A stretch of DNA of 50,699 nucleotides from Armatimonadota bacterium (GCA_046292385.1 JBKBRF010000048.1:1-50699); one strand, 5' to 3'. Shown: positions 19,231-30,550, counted from the stretch's first letter. Notes: generated by a model not told the origin, from the sequence alone. Made by a program: numbers and translations.

Positions 19231-22200
19231 CTACTCCGCTCCGGCGAGGGTGCCGCCGCCGAGCGCTTCCAGCTCTCGCTGCTTCTGCTGAAGCATCACG
19301 CGCTTGTAGTCGACCGGCATCACCTTACGGAAGAGCTGCTTCTTCTCGTCCCATGCTGCCAGGATCTCTGCCGCCAGCGTGCTCCCGGCCAGGTCGCGGT
19401 GCTGCTCCAGCAGCTCGCGGACGAGCGCCTGGTCTTCCGGATCCTCGAACGGCTCCAGCTCCACCATCTCGGTGTTCAACCGCACCTGGAAGTCGCCGTC
19501 CTCGTCCAGCACGAACGCCATGCCGCCGCTCATGCCGGCGCCGAAGTTGCGGCCGGTCTTGCCGATCACCACCACGATGCCGCCGGTCATGTACTCGCAG
19601 CAGTGGTCGCCGGTGCCTTCGACCACGGTGTGGACGCCGGAGTTCCGGACCGCGAACCGCTCGCCCGCCTTACCGCGGAAGAAGGCGCGGCCGCTGGTGG
19701 CTCCGTAGAGGGCCACGTTGCCGATCAGGATGTTCTCCCGCGGCACGAAGGTCGATTCCCGGGGCGGGAAGACCACCACCCGGCCGCCGGAGAGGCCCTT
19801 GCCGCAGTAGTCGTTCGCGTCGCCCTCCAGCGTGAGGGAGATTCCGCGCGGCACGAAGCCGCCGAAGCTCTGTCCCGCCGAGCCGTGGAACTTCAGCCGG
19901 ATCGTGTCGTCCGGCAGCCCACCACCGCCGAACTTCCGCGTCACTTCGCTGCCGAGGATGGCGCCGACCGTCCGGTGCACGTTCTGGATCGGCAGCGTCG
20001 CCTCCGCCGTGGGGAGGGCCGGAATGACGGAGGCGTCCGGGACCTGCTGGCCGGTCAGGTCCTGCTGGACCGCCGGGCACCAGTTCACGTAGTACGGCAG
20101 CTCCAAGATCTTCTTGATCTGCGGATCGCACAGGAGCTGGTAGTCGAGCGCCGTCTCCAGGCCGTGGTCCTGCTCCACCCGCTTGAAGACGCCGACCTCC
20201 GGACCGACCTCCGGCCGGTAGAGGATCTTGCTGAAATCGAGCCCCTTCGCCTTGTAGTGGTCGACCGCCTTCTTCATGTCGAGCAGGTCGCTGCGGCCGA
20301 CCATCTCCTCCACGGTGCGGAACCCGAGCTTCGCCATGATCTCGCGCAGCTCTTCCGCGATGTAGAGGAAGAAGTTGACCACGTGGTCCGCCTGCCCGCT
20401 GAACCGGGCGCGCAGCTCCGGGTTCTGCGTGGCGATGCCGACCGGGCAGGTGTCCAGGTGGCAGACCCGCATCATGATGCAGCCCATCACCACCAGGGCG
20501 GAGGTGGCGAAGCCGTACTCCTCCGCCCCGAGCAGCGCGGCGATGGCGACGTCGCGGCCCGTCTTGAGCTGGCCGTCGGTCTGCACCACGATCCGGTCTC
20601 GCAGCTTGTTGAGCACCAGCGTCTGCTGCGTCTCCGCCAGTCCCAGCTCCCACGGCAGGCCCGCGTACTTGATCGAAGTGAGCGGGCTGGCTCCGGTGCC
20701 GCCGTCGTGACCGCTGATCAGGACCACGTCGCTGTGGGCCTTGGCCACGCCGGCGGCAACGGTGCCGACCCCAACCTCGGAGACCAGCTTCACGCAGATG
20801 CGGGCCCGCGGGTTAGAGTTCTTGAGATCGAAGATGAGCTGCGCCAGGTCTTCGATCGAGTAGATGTCGTGGTGCGGCGGCGGGCTGATGAGGCCCACGC
20901 CGGGAGTGGTGCCGCGCACCTTGGCGACCCACGGGTAGACCTTGTGGCCCGGGAGCTCGCCGCCTTCACCCGGCTTCGCGCCCTGCGCCATCTTGATCTG
21001 GAGCTCGTCCGCGCTCACCAGGTACTGGCTGGTGACGCCGAAGCGCCCGCTCGCCACCTGCTTGATGCGGCTGCGGCGGCTGTCGCCGTTCGGCTCCGGC
21101 AGGAACCGGTCCGGGTCCTCGCCGCCCTCGCCGGTGTTGCTCCAGCCGCCCAAGCGGTTCATCGCGATCGCCAGCGTCTGGTGCGCCTCCTGGCTGATCG
21201 AGCCGTACGACATCGCCCCCGTGGCGAACCGCTTCACGATCTCGGAAGCGGGCTCCACCTCCTCGATCGGGATCGGGGTGCGCTCGGCGAACTTGAATTC
21301 CATCAGGCCGCGCAGGGTGCAGAGCCGCTGGCTCTGCTCGTCGACCCGCGAGGTGTACTGCTTGAAGATGTCGTACCGGCCCGCGCGGGTGGCGTGCTGG
21401 AGCCGGAAGACGGTCTCCGGATTGAAGAGGTGGTACTCCCCGTCCCGGCGCCACTGGAACTGCCCGCCGCCGGGGAGCTGCCTGGGGCCGGCGGGGCGAT
21501 CCGGATAGGCGACGTGATGGTGCGCCAGCACCTCGCGAGCCACTTCTTCCAGTCCGATGCCGCTCACCTGCGAGGGGGTGCGGGTGAAGTAGCGGTCGAT
21601 GAACTCCTGGTTGAGGCCTACCGCCTCGAAGATCTGCGCGCCGCGGTAGCTCTGGACGGTGCTGATGCCCATCTTGGCCATCACCTTAACCACGCCCTTG
21701 TAGACCGCCTTGATGTAGTTCTTCTCCGCCTTCTCGTAGTCGCCGGAGAGCATCCCCTGCTGGACCATGTCATCCAGGCTCTCGAACGCCAGGTACGGGT
21801 TCACCACCCCGGCGCCGTAGCCGAGGAGCAGGCAGAAGTGGTGGACCTCCCGCGCGTCGCCGCTCTCCACCACCAGGCCCACCTTCATGCGGGTCCGCTC
21901 CCGCACCAGGTGATGGTGCAGGCCGGCGCAGGCGAGGAGCGACGGGATCGGCGCGTGCTCGGCGTCGACGCCGCGGTCGGAGAGGATCAGCACGTTGGCG
22001 CCGTCCGCAATGGCGCGGGAGGCGGCCTGGAACAGCTCCTCCAGCGCCCGCTCCATTCCGGCGGCGCCTTCGGCCGCCTTGAAGAGCATCGGGATCACCG
22101 CGGATTTGAAGCCGCAGTCGTCCGCGCCTCCGCTTAGCCGCTTCAGGCGCGCGAGCTCGTCGTTGTTGACCAGGAAGCTGTCGAGCGCGATCTGGTGCGC

Positions 22201-23886
22201 CGCGTCCGGGCCCGGCTCCAGCAGGTTGCTCTCCGGCCCGAGCCGCGTCTTGACGGAGGTGACGATCTCCTCGCGGATGCAGTCGAGCGGCGGGTTGGTC
22301 ACCTGCGCGAAGAGCTGCTTGAAGTAGTTGTAAAGGAGCTGCGGCTGGTCCGAGAGCACCGCCAGCGGAGTGTCGGTCCCCATGGAGCCGATCGCCCAGA
22401 TGCCGTTGGTTGCCATCGGCCCCAGGATGTACTTCTGGTCCTCCACCGTGTAGCCGAACGCCTGCTGACGCTGCAGCAGCGAGTCGTGGTCCGGCGAGGG
22501 TACGTGGCCCGCGTCCGGCAGCTCGGCGATGTGGACCGTCTTCTCCTGCAGCCACTCCCCGTACGGGCGAGCGGCGGCCAGGCTGCTCTTCAGCTCTTCG
22601 TCGGAGACGATGCGGCCTTCTTCCATGTTCACCAGGAACATGCGGCCCGGCTCCAGGCGGCCCTTCAGGAGCACGTTCGCCGGGTCGACCTCCAGCACGC
22701 CCGCCTCGGACGCCATGATGACGCGGTCGTCCTTGGTGACCCAGTAGCGGGAGGGGCGGAGGCCGTTGCGGTCGAGCGTGGCGCCGATCGTCTTGCCGTC
22801 GGTGAAGCCGATGGAGGCGGGACCGTCCCACGGCTCCATGAAGCAGGAGTGGAACTGGTAGAAGTCCTTCTTCGCCTGCGGCATCGTCTCGTGATGCTCC
22901 CAGGCTTCCGGGATCAGCATCATCATCGCGTGCGCCGGCGCGCGGCCGCCTTTGATGAGCAGCTCGACGACGTTGTCCAGCACCGCGGTATCGCTGCCGT
23001 CCTCGTCCGGGATCACCGGCAGCAGCTTCCGCAGGTCCTCCTCCGAGAAGAGGGTGGAGCGGAGCAGCGACTGCCGCGCGTGCATCCAGTTGATGTTGCC
23101 GCGCTTGGTGTTGATCTCACCGTTGTGGGAGATCACCCGGAACGGATGCGCCAGCTCCCAGGCGGGGAAGGTGTTGGTGCTGAAGCGCGAGTGGAACATG
23201 CAGAGCGCGCTCTTCATGCCCGCATCCCGCAGGTCCGGGAAGTAGAGCGGCACCTGCTCCGGCGTCAGCATCCCTTTGTAGACGATGGTGTAGCAGGAGA
23301 GGCTGGGGAAGTAGAAGTACTCCCGGTCAGTCAGGTCGGACGCGCGCACCTCGTTCTCGAAGCGGCGGCGGATGACGTAGAGCTTCCGCTCGAAAGCGTC
23401 CGGGTCGCGCATCTCCGCGCCCATCCCGACGAACGCCTGCAGCATCGCCGGCTCGACCGCGATGGCGCTGGCGCCGAGGGAGCTGTTGTCGGTCGGCAGC
23501 GGCCGCCAGCCGAGGAAGCGCTGGCCTTCCTCCGCCACGATCCGCTCGAAGAGCCGCTGGCCCGCCGCGCGGGAGGCGTCGTCCTTCGGCGCGAAGAAGA
23601 TGCCGGCCCCGTACTCGTGCCAGTCCGGCAGCGCGATTCCGAGCTCGGAGCACTTCTCCACGAAGAACTCGTGCGGGATCTGGATGAGTACGCCCGCGCC
23701 GTCCCCCGTGTTCACCTCGCACCCGCAGGCGCCGCGGTGGTTCAGGTTGTTCAGGGCCGTGATGCCGTCCCGGATGATGGAGTGAGAGCGCTCGCCCTTC
23801 AGGTGGACGAGAAAACCGACGCCACAGGCGTCGTGCTCGTGAGCCGGGTCATACAGGCCCTGCTTCTGCGGATATCCGGTCGCCAT
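19231..23886 (-). CDS. gltB: Glutamate synthase large subunit
   Basis: [72 protein letters not shown] domain; start at MATGYP. Confidence 0.98.
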   Translation of the reverse strand: MATGYPQKQGLYDPAHEHDACGVGFLVHLKGERSHSIIRDGITALNNLNHRGACGCEVNTGDGAGVLIQIPHEFFVEKCSELGIALPDWHEYGAGIFFAPKDDASRAAGQRLFERIVAEEGQRFLGWRPLPTDNSSLGASAIAVEPAMLQAFVGMGAEMRDPDAFERKLYVIRRRFENEVRASDLTDREYFYFPSLSCYTIVYKGMLTPEQVPLYFPDLRDAGMKSALCMFHSRFSTNTFPAWELAHPFRVISHNGEINTKRGNINWMHARQSLLRSTLFSEEDLRKLLPVIPDEDGSDTAVLDNVVELLIKGGRAPAHAMMMLIPEAWEHHETMPQAKKDFYQFHSCFMEPWDGPASIGFTDGKTIGATLDRNGLRPSRYWVTKDDRVIMASEAGVLEVDPANVLLKGRLEPGRMFLVNMEEGRIVSDEELKSSLAAARPYGEWLQEKTVHIAELPDAGHVPSPDHDSLLQRQQAFGYTVEDQKYILGPMATNGIWAIGSMGTDTPLAVLSDQPQLLYNYFKQLFAQVTNPPLDCIREEIVTSVKTRLGPESNLLEPGPDAAHQIALDSFLVNNDELARLKRLSGGADDCGFKSAVIPMLFKAAEGAAGMERALEELFQAASRAIADGANVLILSDRGVDAEHAPIPSLLACAGLHHHLVRERTRMKVGLVVESGDAREVHHFCLLLGYGAGVVNPYLAFESLDDMVQQGMLSGDYEKAEKNYIKAVYKGVVKVMAKMGISTVQSYRGAQIFEAVGLNQEFIDRYFTRTPSQVSGIGLEEVAREVLAHHHVAYPDRPAGPRQLPGGGQFQWRRDGEYHLFNPETVFRLQHATRAGRYDIFKQYTSRVDEQSQRLCTLRGLMEFKFAERTPIPIEEVEPASEIVKRFATGAMSYGSISQEAHQTLAIAMNRLGGWSNTGEGGEDPDRFLPEPNGDSRRSRIKQVASGRFGVTSQYLVSADELQIKMAQGAKPGEGGELPGHKVYPWVAKVRGTTPGVGLISPPPHHDIYSIEDLAQLIFDLKNSNPRARICVKLVSEVGVGTVAAGVAKAHSDVVLISGHDGGTGASPLTSIKYAGLPWELGLAETQQTLVLNKLRDRIVVQTDGQLKTGRDVAIAALLGAEEYGFATSALVVMGCIMMRVCHLDTCPVGIATQNPELRARFSGQADHVVNFFLYIAEELREIMAKLGFRTVEEMVGRSDLLDMKKAVDHYKAKGLDFSKILYRPEVGPEVGVFKRVEQDHGLETALDYQLLCDPQIKKILELPYYVNWCPAVQQDLTGQQVPDASVIPALPTAEATLPIQNVHRTVGAILGSEVTRKFGGGGLPDDTIRLKFHGSAGQSFGGFVPRGISLTLEGDANDYCGKGLSGGRVVVFPPRESTFVPRENILIGNVALYGATSGRAFFRGKAGERFAVRNSGVHTVVEGTGDHCCEYMTGGIVVVIGKTGRNFGAGMSGGMAFVLDEDGDFQVRLNTEMVELEPFEDPEDQALVRELLEQHRDLAGSTLAAEILAAWDEKKQLFRKVMPVDYKRVMLQQKQRELEALGGGTLAGAE

Positions 23887-24039
23887 CTCCCAATACCTCG
23901 TCTGCTCTGCCCGCCGTCTCGAGCGGTTTTGAAAGCGCTGCCCTCGCAGCACCGTTACCTTCGTTCTCTCGCGCTCCGGGGGGTGGGGAAACCCCGCGGC
24001 GGGTCCGGATAGGACCCGGGGCGCCGTGCCGGAATACGC

Positions 24040-24079
24040 AAAAGGGCGGCGCCTCGTACATAGCGAGGACGCCGCCCTT
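24040..24079 (-). terminator. Intrinsic terminator in the gltB 5' leader
   Basis: Minus strand AAGGGCGGCGtCCTCG-loop-CGAGGCGCCGCCCTTTT. Confidence 0.7.
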
Positions 24080-24111
24080 CGTTGGGCTGCCGGACCCGGC
24101 CCTCATCGGCC
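24075..24111 (-). promoter_or_regulatory. ANTAR-type dual-hexaloop RNA motif
   Basis: P1 GGCC-GAUGAG-GGCC, P2 CCC-AACGAA-GGG; P2 overlaps the terminator 5' arm. Confidence 0.65.
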
Positions 24112-24347
24112 GGTCCGGTGAAGCTCGTTCGACTTCAAACTGGGTGGAGCGCGGGAACTCCTACGTCGGAGCGCCGCAATGGTGTAGCCCACTCCAGCAG
24201 CGCCGCTCGGAGGGGTAAGTCAATTATATAGCGGGAGTCAAGAACGGAGGCAAAGGCGAAGTGGCTCGAATTCCCAGAGCTGCCTCGTCTTTTGTCGATG
24301 CGGTATTAGAGTAGGGAGGCAAGAGAGCGTCTACCGGAGAGATGAGG

Positions 24348-24794
24348 ATGTCCGAAGAGAAGTCGTTCGAAGTGGTGGACCGCCGCCGTGTGGGCCAGCA
24401 AGCGACCCCCGGCGGCGAAGAGACGGAGAGCCCGGCCGCGGAGAGCGCAGCCACGGAAAGTGCGGCCGCGGAGGCGGCGGAAACCGGGCCGGCGGGGTTC
24501 AACGAGGAGCCGCTCGGCGGGCTCGACGGCCAGATGCCGGACCTCGGCGTCGACGGAATCCTGCGGATGGCGATCGGGCTGCTGCACGAGCGCGCCTGGA
24601 TCGACCTCGGCCTGCAGGGCGACCCGATCACGGGTCAGATCCAGGCGAAGCTGCCGGACGCACGCCGCGCGATCGACGCGGTGGCCGACCTGGCGAAGTA
24701 CGTAGACGCCACCGCCACGCCGGAGGAGAAGCGGGAGCTGCAGGTGATGCTGACGAACCTGCGCGTGAACTACGTACGGCTCTCTCAAGGATGA
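24348..24794 (+). CDS. DUF1844 family protein
   Basis: FEVVDRRR N-terminus, acidic linker, LGLQGDPITG...ARRAID...L..EEKR.L...L..LR.NYV. Confidence 0.8.
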   Translation: MSEEKSFEVVDRRRVGQQATPGGEETESPAAESAATESAAAEAAETGPAGFNEEPLGGLDGQMPDLGVDGILRMAIGLLHERAWIDLGLQGDPITGQIQAKLPDARRAIDAVADLAKYVDATATPEEKRELQVMLTNLRVNYVRLSQG

Positions 24795-24823
24795 AGGATG
24801 AGGGATGAGGGATGAGGGATGAA
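24789..24823 (+). repeat. Heptamer tandem repeat (GGATGAR)x5
   Basis: GGATGAA GGATGAG GGATGAG GGATGAG GGATGAA, overlapping the stop codon. Confidence 0.8.
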
Positions 24824-24867
24824 TCCGCACCCTCGGTAATCGGGAGGTCCTGCTCCTGCTCGGCTCG

Positions 24868-25515
24868 TCAGGCGCACTTTGCGGCGCGGATGAAGGCGGC
24901 GAGGCGCTTCTCGTCCAGGGAGCCGTTCAGGCGGACGCCGGAGCAGACGTCGAGGCCGAAGGGGCGGGCGGCGCGCACCGCCTCCGCCGCGTTCTCCGGC
25001 GTCAGCCCGCCGGCCAGGTAGACCGGCACGCGGGCCGTCTCCACGATGCGGCGGCTAACAGTCCAGTCGTGGACGCGGCCGGTGCCGCCCAGCTCCTTCA
25101 CCGGCAGGTCCGGACGGCCGGAATCGAGCAGGAGCGCGTCCGCGGTCTCCGCGGCCTCTCGCGCGTCTTCCAGCGACTCCCGTCCGGTTACGTGGATCAC
25201 CTGCACCAGCCGCACTCCCGGCAGCTCGCGCCTCAGGAACCGGCGGTCCTCCGGCTCCAGCCGGTCGCAGAGCTGCAGCACCTCGGTCCCCGTCCGCCGC
25301 TGCTGCGCCGCAATCTCCGCCGGGTCCGGGCTACACGTGAGCAGGAACCGGGAAACGCCCGGCGGGACGGTCGCCGCGATCTCCGCTATTAACGCCTCCG
25401 GGATCACCCCCGGGCCGCTCGGCATCGCGGAAACCAGCCCCACCGCCGAAGCCGCCAGCCCCACCGCCAGGCGCGCCTCCTCCATACTCGCGATACAGCA
25501 GACCTTGATTCGCAT
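24868..25515 (-). CDS. trpF: Phosphoribosylanthranilate isomerase
   Basis: MRIKVCCI, ALLLDSG, LGGTGRVHDW, LAGGLTPEN, GLDVCSGV. Confidence 0.9.
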   Translation of the reverse strand: MRIKVCCIASMEEARLAVGLAASAVGLVSAMPSGPGVIPEALIAEIAATVPPGVSRFLLTCSPDPAEIAAQQRRTGTEVLQLCDRLEPEDRRFLRRELPGVRLVQVIHVTGRESLEDAREAAETADALLLDSGRPDLPVKELGGTGRVHDWTVSRRIVETARVPVYLAGGLTPENAAEAVRAARPFGLDVCSGVRLNGSLDEKRLAAFIRAAKCA

Positions 25516-25532
25516 GCTTCGGTTCTTGGGAA

Positions 25533-25957
25533 GTGTGAGAAAGGAGATAAGGGGATGAATTGGGGATAAGGGGGATGGGCAGCCTTCCGGACTGAGCCTC
25601 CTACTCCTACTCGTTCTCTTACTCTTACTCAAAAGGCCGCCCGAACCGGGAGGGTGCCCCGGGTAAAGTGGTCGGCTTCCCCGCGCCAGAGGTTGGGATT
25701 CATTCCCGATTCCCCGAAGCGATCGCCGGCAGTTGACTGCCGGCGGCACCAACCGCGGAGTTCACTCCGCCCGGCTCGTCGCCGCCCGCCACGACCTTCC
25801 GCCTGGATCGAGCTCTCGAGGACGCGCCGGAGCACGTAGGTGGCCAGCGAGCAGGAGCAAGAGCAGGAGCAGGACCTCCCGTGTACGGAGGGTTCGGACT
25901 TTAGCCTTTAGCCTTCTGCCTTTAGCCTTTGAAGGCCTTCTGCCTTTAGCCTTTAGG
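25533..25957. repeat. Intergenic repeat mosaic
   Basis: GATAAGGGGGATGGGCAGCC block, (CTCCTA/CTCTTA)n arm, inverted (GAGCAG)n arm near 25849-25873, (CTTTAGC)n heptamers at 25899-25957. Confidence 0.7.
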
Positions 25958-26063
25958 ATCCCTCTGCACTCCGTCTTATGAAAACCCCCTTCATTTTCTC
26001 TTCATTTGCGTGGGCTAACCCTTACATCAGAAGCCATTCGAACATCCGAAAAGGGAGCCAACG

Positions 26064-26702
26064 ATGGAACCGTGCTGCTATCCCCACCGCTCTTCCGGGC
26101 CGCGCGCCGCCGTGGCGAGTGACGACCGGAACCTGCTGCTGCGCGCGGCGCGCGGCGACGCGGAGGCGTTTACGGCGCTCTTCCAGCGGCACCGCGCCGG
26201 GCTCCAGGGCTATCTCTACCGGAAGCTGCGGAGCGCGGACGAGGCGGAGGACGCGGTGGCGCTGACCTTTCTGAAGGCGTGGCGCGCGCGGGAGAGCTTT
26301 CGGGGAAGTTGCCCCGGCAAGTCGTGGCTTTACCAGGTGGCGACCCGCGTGGCGCTCGACCTCCTCCGCCGGCGCCAGCGCCGACCCTCCGAGCTGGAGC
26401 TGGACGGCGGCGATGCGGAGCTGCCGGACCTCGACCTGGCGGACGACTCGCTCGATCCCGCCGGCCATTTCCTGGAGCGGGAGCGGGTGCTGGAGACCGG
26501 GCGCGCGGTGCGGGGAGCAGTCGACCGCCTCGCGCCGGAGGACCGCCGCCTGCTGGCGCTCTTCTACTTCGAAGGGTACGACTACTCCCAGATCAGCAGC
26601 ATCCTCGGCGTCTCTCGCAGCCAGGTGCGCGGACGCCTGCACCGGATCCGCGGCCGGCTGCGTCACGAGCTGGAGGGCAGCAGCCAGCTCGTGCCGTCGT
26701 AG
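26064..26702 (+). CDS. ECF (sigma-70 family) sigma factor
   Basis: GDAEAFTALF, AEDAV..TFLKAW, SWLYQVA, C-terminal HTH YSQISSILGVS; AAGGGAG RBS. Confidence 0.92.
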   Translation: MEPCCYPHRSSGPRAAVASDDRNLLLRAARGDAEAFTALFQRHRAGLQGYLYRKLRSADEAEDAVALTFLKAWRARESFRGSCPGKSWLYQVATRVALDLLRRRQRRPSELELDGGDAELPDLDLADDSLDPAGHFLERERVLETGRAVRGAVDRLAPEDRRLLALFYFEGYDYSQISSILGVSRSQVRGRLHRIRGRLRHELEGSSQLVPS

Positions 26703-26811
26703 CATCGGTCGGGAGCCAGGGTTTCCGGAGGGGCGGACGCGTGGATCATAATTGCAGGGCCCGCCGGGACGCGCCGCGGCGGGGCGATGCCGTCCTCCTT
26801 CCAGACCTGAC

Positions 26812-28284
26812 ATGCACGAGATTACGATTGCCGGACTCGGCCCCGCGGGGCTGTCGCTGCTCTCCGCGGAGAGCCTGCGCGTGCTGGAGCACGCCCCGAG
26901 ATTGATCCTGCGGACGGAGCGGCACCCGGCCGCCGCGGAGCTGCGCGCGCGCGGCGTGGCGTTCACCGGCCTCGACCCGATCTACGAGGCGACCGAGGAG
27001 TTCTCCGCGCTCTATCCACGCCTCGCGGAGGAGGTCCTGCGCCAGGCTGAAGAGGGTCCGGTGGTCTACGCCGTCCCCGGCCACCCGCTGCTCGGGGAGG
27101 AGAGCGTGCGGCTGCTGCTGGCCGGGGCGCGGGAGCGCGGCACTGCGGTGCGCGTGGTGCCGGCGCCCGGCTTCACCGACGTGGTCGCCGCCGCGCTCGC
27201 GTCCCACGGACGCCTGAGCGATCTCACCGAGTGGCAGGTTGCCGACGGCGCCGCGCTCGACCGCGTCTGGTGGGATCCGGCCCGTCCTACGCTCGTCTTT
27301 CAGCTCGACGACCCGCGCGTCGCCTCCCGCGTGAAGCTGGCGCTGCTGGAGGAGTATCCGGACGAGCTGGAGGTGGTGCTGGTCCACAGCGCCGGCGATT
27401 CCGAGCGGGAGCGGGTGGTGCCGCTGCCCCTCTACCGGATCGACCACGAGAGCGCGGTGCGGCTCGACCACCTCACGACGCTCTACGTGCCCCCCGTCCC
27501 CCCGGAAGAGCGCCGCCCCGCGTTCCGGGAGCTGGTCGACGTGATCGCCACCCTGCGCGGACCGGAGGGCTGCCCGTGGGACCGGGAGCAGACCTACGCC
27601 TCGCTGAAACGCTTCGTGATCGAAGAGGCGTACGAGGTGCTCGAAGCGGTCGATTCCGACGACCCGGACCGGCTGCGCGACGAACTGGGCGACCTGCTGC
27701 TGCAGGTGGTCCTCTACGCGCAGATCGGGCGGGAGGAGGGGTACTTCGACATCCGCGACGTGATCGCCGGCATCGTGGAGAAGATGATCCGCCGCCACCC
27801 CCACGTCTTCGGCGACGTGACCGCGGAGAGCGTGGAGGACGTACACCGGAACTGGGAGGCGATCAAGCAGCAGGAGAAGCCGGAGCGCACCAGCGTGCTG
27901 GACGGCGTCCCGCGGGAGCTGCCGGCGCTGATGAAGGCGCTGGAGGTGAGCAAGCGCGTGGTGAAAGTCGGCTTCGAGTGGCCCGGCTTCGAGGAGGTGC
28001 TGGCGAAGCTGGACGAGGAGGTGGCGGAGCTCAAGGAGGAGCTGGCCGACCGCGATCCGGAGCGGCTCCGCGGGGAGCTGGGCGACCTGCTCTTCACGGT
28101 GGTGAACGTGGCCCGCTGGCTCAAGATCGATCCGGAAGAAGCGCTGCGCCAGATGCTGGATCGGTTCGGGGCGCGGTTCCGGGAAGTGGAGCGCCTCGCC
28201 GCCGCGCAAGGCCGGCCGCTGACCGAGCTCGGAATCGAAGAGCTGGACCGCCTGTGGGAGCAGGCGAAGGGGACACTGGGGTAG
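26812..28284 (+). CDS. mazG: Tetrapyrrole-methylase-like / MazG pyrophosphohydrolase fusion (YabN-type)
   Basis: ITIAGLGP, LRTERHP, VYAVPGHP; GCPWDREQT, EEAYE, ELGDLLLQ, KMIRRHPHVF; second ELGDLLF. Confidence 0.93.
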   Translation: MHEITIAGLGPAGLSLLSAESLRVLEHAPRLILRTERHPAAAELRARGVAFTGLDPIYEATEEFSALYPRLAEEVLRQAEEGPVVYAVPGHPLLGEESVRLLLAGARERGTAVRVVPAPGFTDVVAAALASHGRLSDLTEWQVADGAALDRVWWDPARPTLVFQLDDPRVASRVKLALLEEYPDELEVVLVHSAGDSERERVVPLPLYRIDHESAVRLDHLTTLYVPPVPPEERRPAFRELVDVIATLRGPEGCPWDREQTYASLKRFVIEEAYEVLEAVDSDDPDRLRDELGDLLLQVVLYAQIGREEGYFDIRDVIAGIVEKMIRRHPHVFGDVTAESVEDVHRNWEAIKQQEKPERTSVLDGVPRELPALMKALEVSKRVVKVGFEWPGFEEVLAKLDEEVAELKEELADRDPERLRGELGDLLFTVVNVARWLKIDPEEALRQMLDRFGARFREVERLAAAQGRPLTELGIEELDRLWEQAKGTLG

Positions 28285-28302
28285 CGGGGAACCGGCGGGG
28301 AG

Positions 28303-28809
28303 CTACCGGACGAGGATGTAGCGGAAGCGAACGTCGGCCGGGACCTGCATCACCATCCGGTTGACGCGGGGGAGCAGACCGGCGCCGCCCACCAGGACCG
28401 CCTTCTGGATCGAGCCGGGACGGTTCTCGGCGGCGGGAGTGGCGAGCGTCTCCACGATCGAGTCGAAAAGCCCGTCGAAGCGCTCCGGACAGTCCCGGAG
28501 AAACGCTTCTACCTCCGGCCAGAGCAGCACGCCGCGGCGGGTGCGGCCGTTCGCGGCAGCGCGGTCGTCCAGGGAGATACCCGGGGAGATGCCGCGCCGG
28601 ATGCCGGTGGCAGGCATGGAGACGACCTGCGCGCAGTCGGTCTTCTCGAGCTCTCGCCGCAGCGACTCGGCCACCTGCGCCGGGTCCCCCTGGACCACCA
28701 CGAGGGCCAGCAGGTCGCACCCGTTCAGGGCATTCACCGCGGCGAGGCCCGCGCAGCCGCGGCGGGCACCGCTGGCATGACAGCAGCTAGAGGAGATCTC
28801 GGGCAGCAT
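28303..28809 (-). CDS. Hypothetical protein
   Basis: Fills the gap between genes with globular-like composition; no family recognised; start uncertain. Confidence 0.55.
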   Translation of the reverse strand: MLPEISSSCCHASGARRGCAGLAAVNALNGCDLLALVVVQGDPAQVAESLRRELEKTDCAQVVSMPATGIRRGISPGISLDDRAAANGRTRRGVLLWPEVEAFLRDCPERFDGLFDSIVETLATPAAENRPGSIQKAVLVGGAGLLPRVNRMVMQVPADVRFRYILVR

Positions 28810-29055
28810 CAGCTCAATGATACCCCAACGACCGGGTGGCTACACCAGTGAGCCGCCCGGCGCCGGCCCACCCCAACGTAGTAAGTTGCGAGAAATACCG
28901 GAAACGGGTTCCCCAAAAAGAAGGAGACTCCTCCTGCTTCTTTGCGAAATCTTGGCAAATCCCCCTGGAGCCTGCCCGAACCGGCCCGACTGGCTGCGGC
29001 TCGCCGCGGCTCGCGAGAGGGGCGGGGAATGCATGCCTTGCAAGCGGCGCCGGCA

Positions 29056-29874
29056 TCAGATCCACCCTCTCCGGCGGTAAACTTCGAAGCCGATCACCTC
29101 GTGCAGCCACTCCCGCAGCGCTCGGAGGCGCTGCCCGGGGGAGCGAATCGAGTCGACGTCGAAGTCGAGATTGATGCCGGGCACCGCCCTCACCTTCACG
29201 CCTGCCTTCTCGAAGACCGCGGCGGCACGCCGGGTGTGAGTCGCGTCGGTCACCAGGAGCAGCTCGTCCCAGCCTCGCTCCGCCGCCAGCCGGGCCACCG
29301 CCAGCGCCTCATCGCGGGTGTTCGTGACCGGCCCCACTTCCTCGATCCGGCAGTCGATCCGGAACAGCTTCAACTGCGGCTCGATCGCCGCGCGAGGGCT
29401 CACCGCCGGCGGCTTCACGCAGGTCAGCACGAGGGTGGACGTCAATTCGCTTCGAATCAACTCATAGGCCCGGAGGGAGCGCCCTTGCAAGCTGGGCGTC
29501 GGCACTCCCGACGGAGTTACCCCGGCGGCCAGCACCACGACGGCATCGGCTTTGCGCGCCCCGTCGTTTCGGACCAGGCCCCGCACCGCCGGACCGATCC
29601 AGGGGGTGAAGCCGGCGATCAGGAAGCCGAGGCAGGCGGCGCCGGCCACTCCCCAGAGCGCCCACCGCAGCCGGGTCATTCCGGCGGCGGCCCCGCCCAG
29701 GGCCAGCACCGGGACCGCTTCGATCGGGGGTAGCAGGCCGAGGTCGCGGATGCCCAGCAAGTAGAGGAGCTGCCAGGCGCAGATCGTCAGGATGGCGCCG
29801 GCCAGGGCGTGGGGGAGGTCCGGCCGATCGAACAGCCAGCGCAGCCGGGACTTGATGCGAGGAGTGGAGGCCAT
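29056..29874 (-). CDS. YdcF/ElyC (DUF218) family membrane protein
   Basis: N-terminal TMs, ADAVVVL, NTRDEA, LLVTDATHTRRA, EWLHEVIG; start at MASTPR. Confidence 0.88.
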   Translation of the reverse strand: MASTPRIKSRLRWLFDRPDLPHALAGAILTICAWQLLYLLGIRDLGLLPPIEAVPVLALGGAAAGMTRLRWALWGVAGAACLGFLIAGFTPWIGPAVRGLVRNDGARKADAVVVLAAGVTPSGVPTPSLQGRSLRAYELIRSELTSTLVLTCVKPPAVSPRAAIEPQLKLFRIDCRIEEVGPVTNTRDEALAVARLAAERGWDELLLVTDATHTRRAAAVFEKAGVKVRAVPGINLDFDVDSIRSPGQRLRALREWLHEVIGFEVYRRRGWI

Positions 29875-29884
29875 CGGCGAGGGT

Positions 29885-30550
29885 TCAGAGAGGCTGCCCG
29901 GGAGTCTTGCCGCCGGGCGCCCCCGGTTCCTCCCAGCCGGCCGGACCCACGGCGCGCAGGCTCTGCCGCAGGCCCAGACTCCGGTATTCGTGAGGCAGCA
30001 GGGAGAAGTAGTGAGTGTCCGCCGGCAGCCCGTCCACTCCCAGCTCCGACTGCCGCAGCGTGCCCTCGTGCCGGAATCCCACCCGCTCGGCGACGGCCCG
30101 GCTGCGGTGGTTGTCCGCATCGCAGCGGATCGACACCCGGCGCGCCTCGAGCAGCTCGAACGCGAAGGCGGTGATGCCGCGGACTGCCTCGGTGACGTAG
30201 CCGCGGCCGCTGAACGGCGTGCGGCACCAGTAGCCGACGTCGAACGACGGAATCTCCCAGACGATGTTGTGCAGCCCGCTGCTGGCGACCAGCGTCTCCG
30301 TGCCCTTCAGGAAGACGAGTAGTCGGAGGTCACTCCGTTCCAGGAAGCCGATCCGGGCACGGCGGAGGTTCTCCTCCACCAGCGACTCCTGCGGATCCTC
30401 GGAGGCCCACAGCATCCACGGGCGCAGCTCCGCCAGCGACTCGCGGATGGCGCGGCACACCTCCGGCCCGTCCCCCGCGCGCGGCGCGCGGATCAGCAGC
30501 CGCTCGGTCTCGAATTCTTCGGGAATGTCGCGCAGGATCGGCGGGAGCAT
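29885..30550 (-). CDS. GNAT N-acetyltransferase (RimJ/RimL-like)
   Basis: ETERLLIR, ELRPWM, VGYW, GRGYVTEA, N.RSRAVAERVGF. Confidence 0.9.
   Translation of the reverse strand: MLPPILRDIPEEFETERLLIRAPRAGDGPEVCRAIRESLAELRPWMLWASEDPQESLVEENLRRARIGFLERSDLRLLVFLKGTETLVASSGLHNIVWEIPSFDVGYWCRTPFSGRGYVTEAVRGITAFAFELLEARRVSIRCDADNHRSRAVAERVGFRHEGTLRQSELGVDGLPADTHYFSLLPHEYRSLGLRQSLRAVGPAGWEEPGAPGGKTPGQPL

Noticed and set aside
25516..25752. N-terminal extensions of TrpF and YhbH (35704-35904) containing SKSKRTSRSR
   Set aside because: They are translations of the intergenic hexamer repeat, not protein.
26812..28284. MazG as part of a mazEFG or anti-phage module
   Set aside because: It is the housekeeping YabN-type fusion and lies about 8 kb from the toxin gene.
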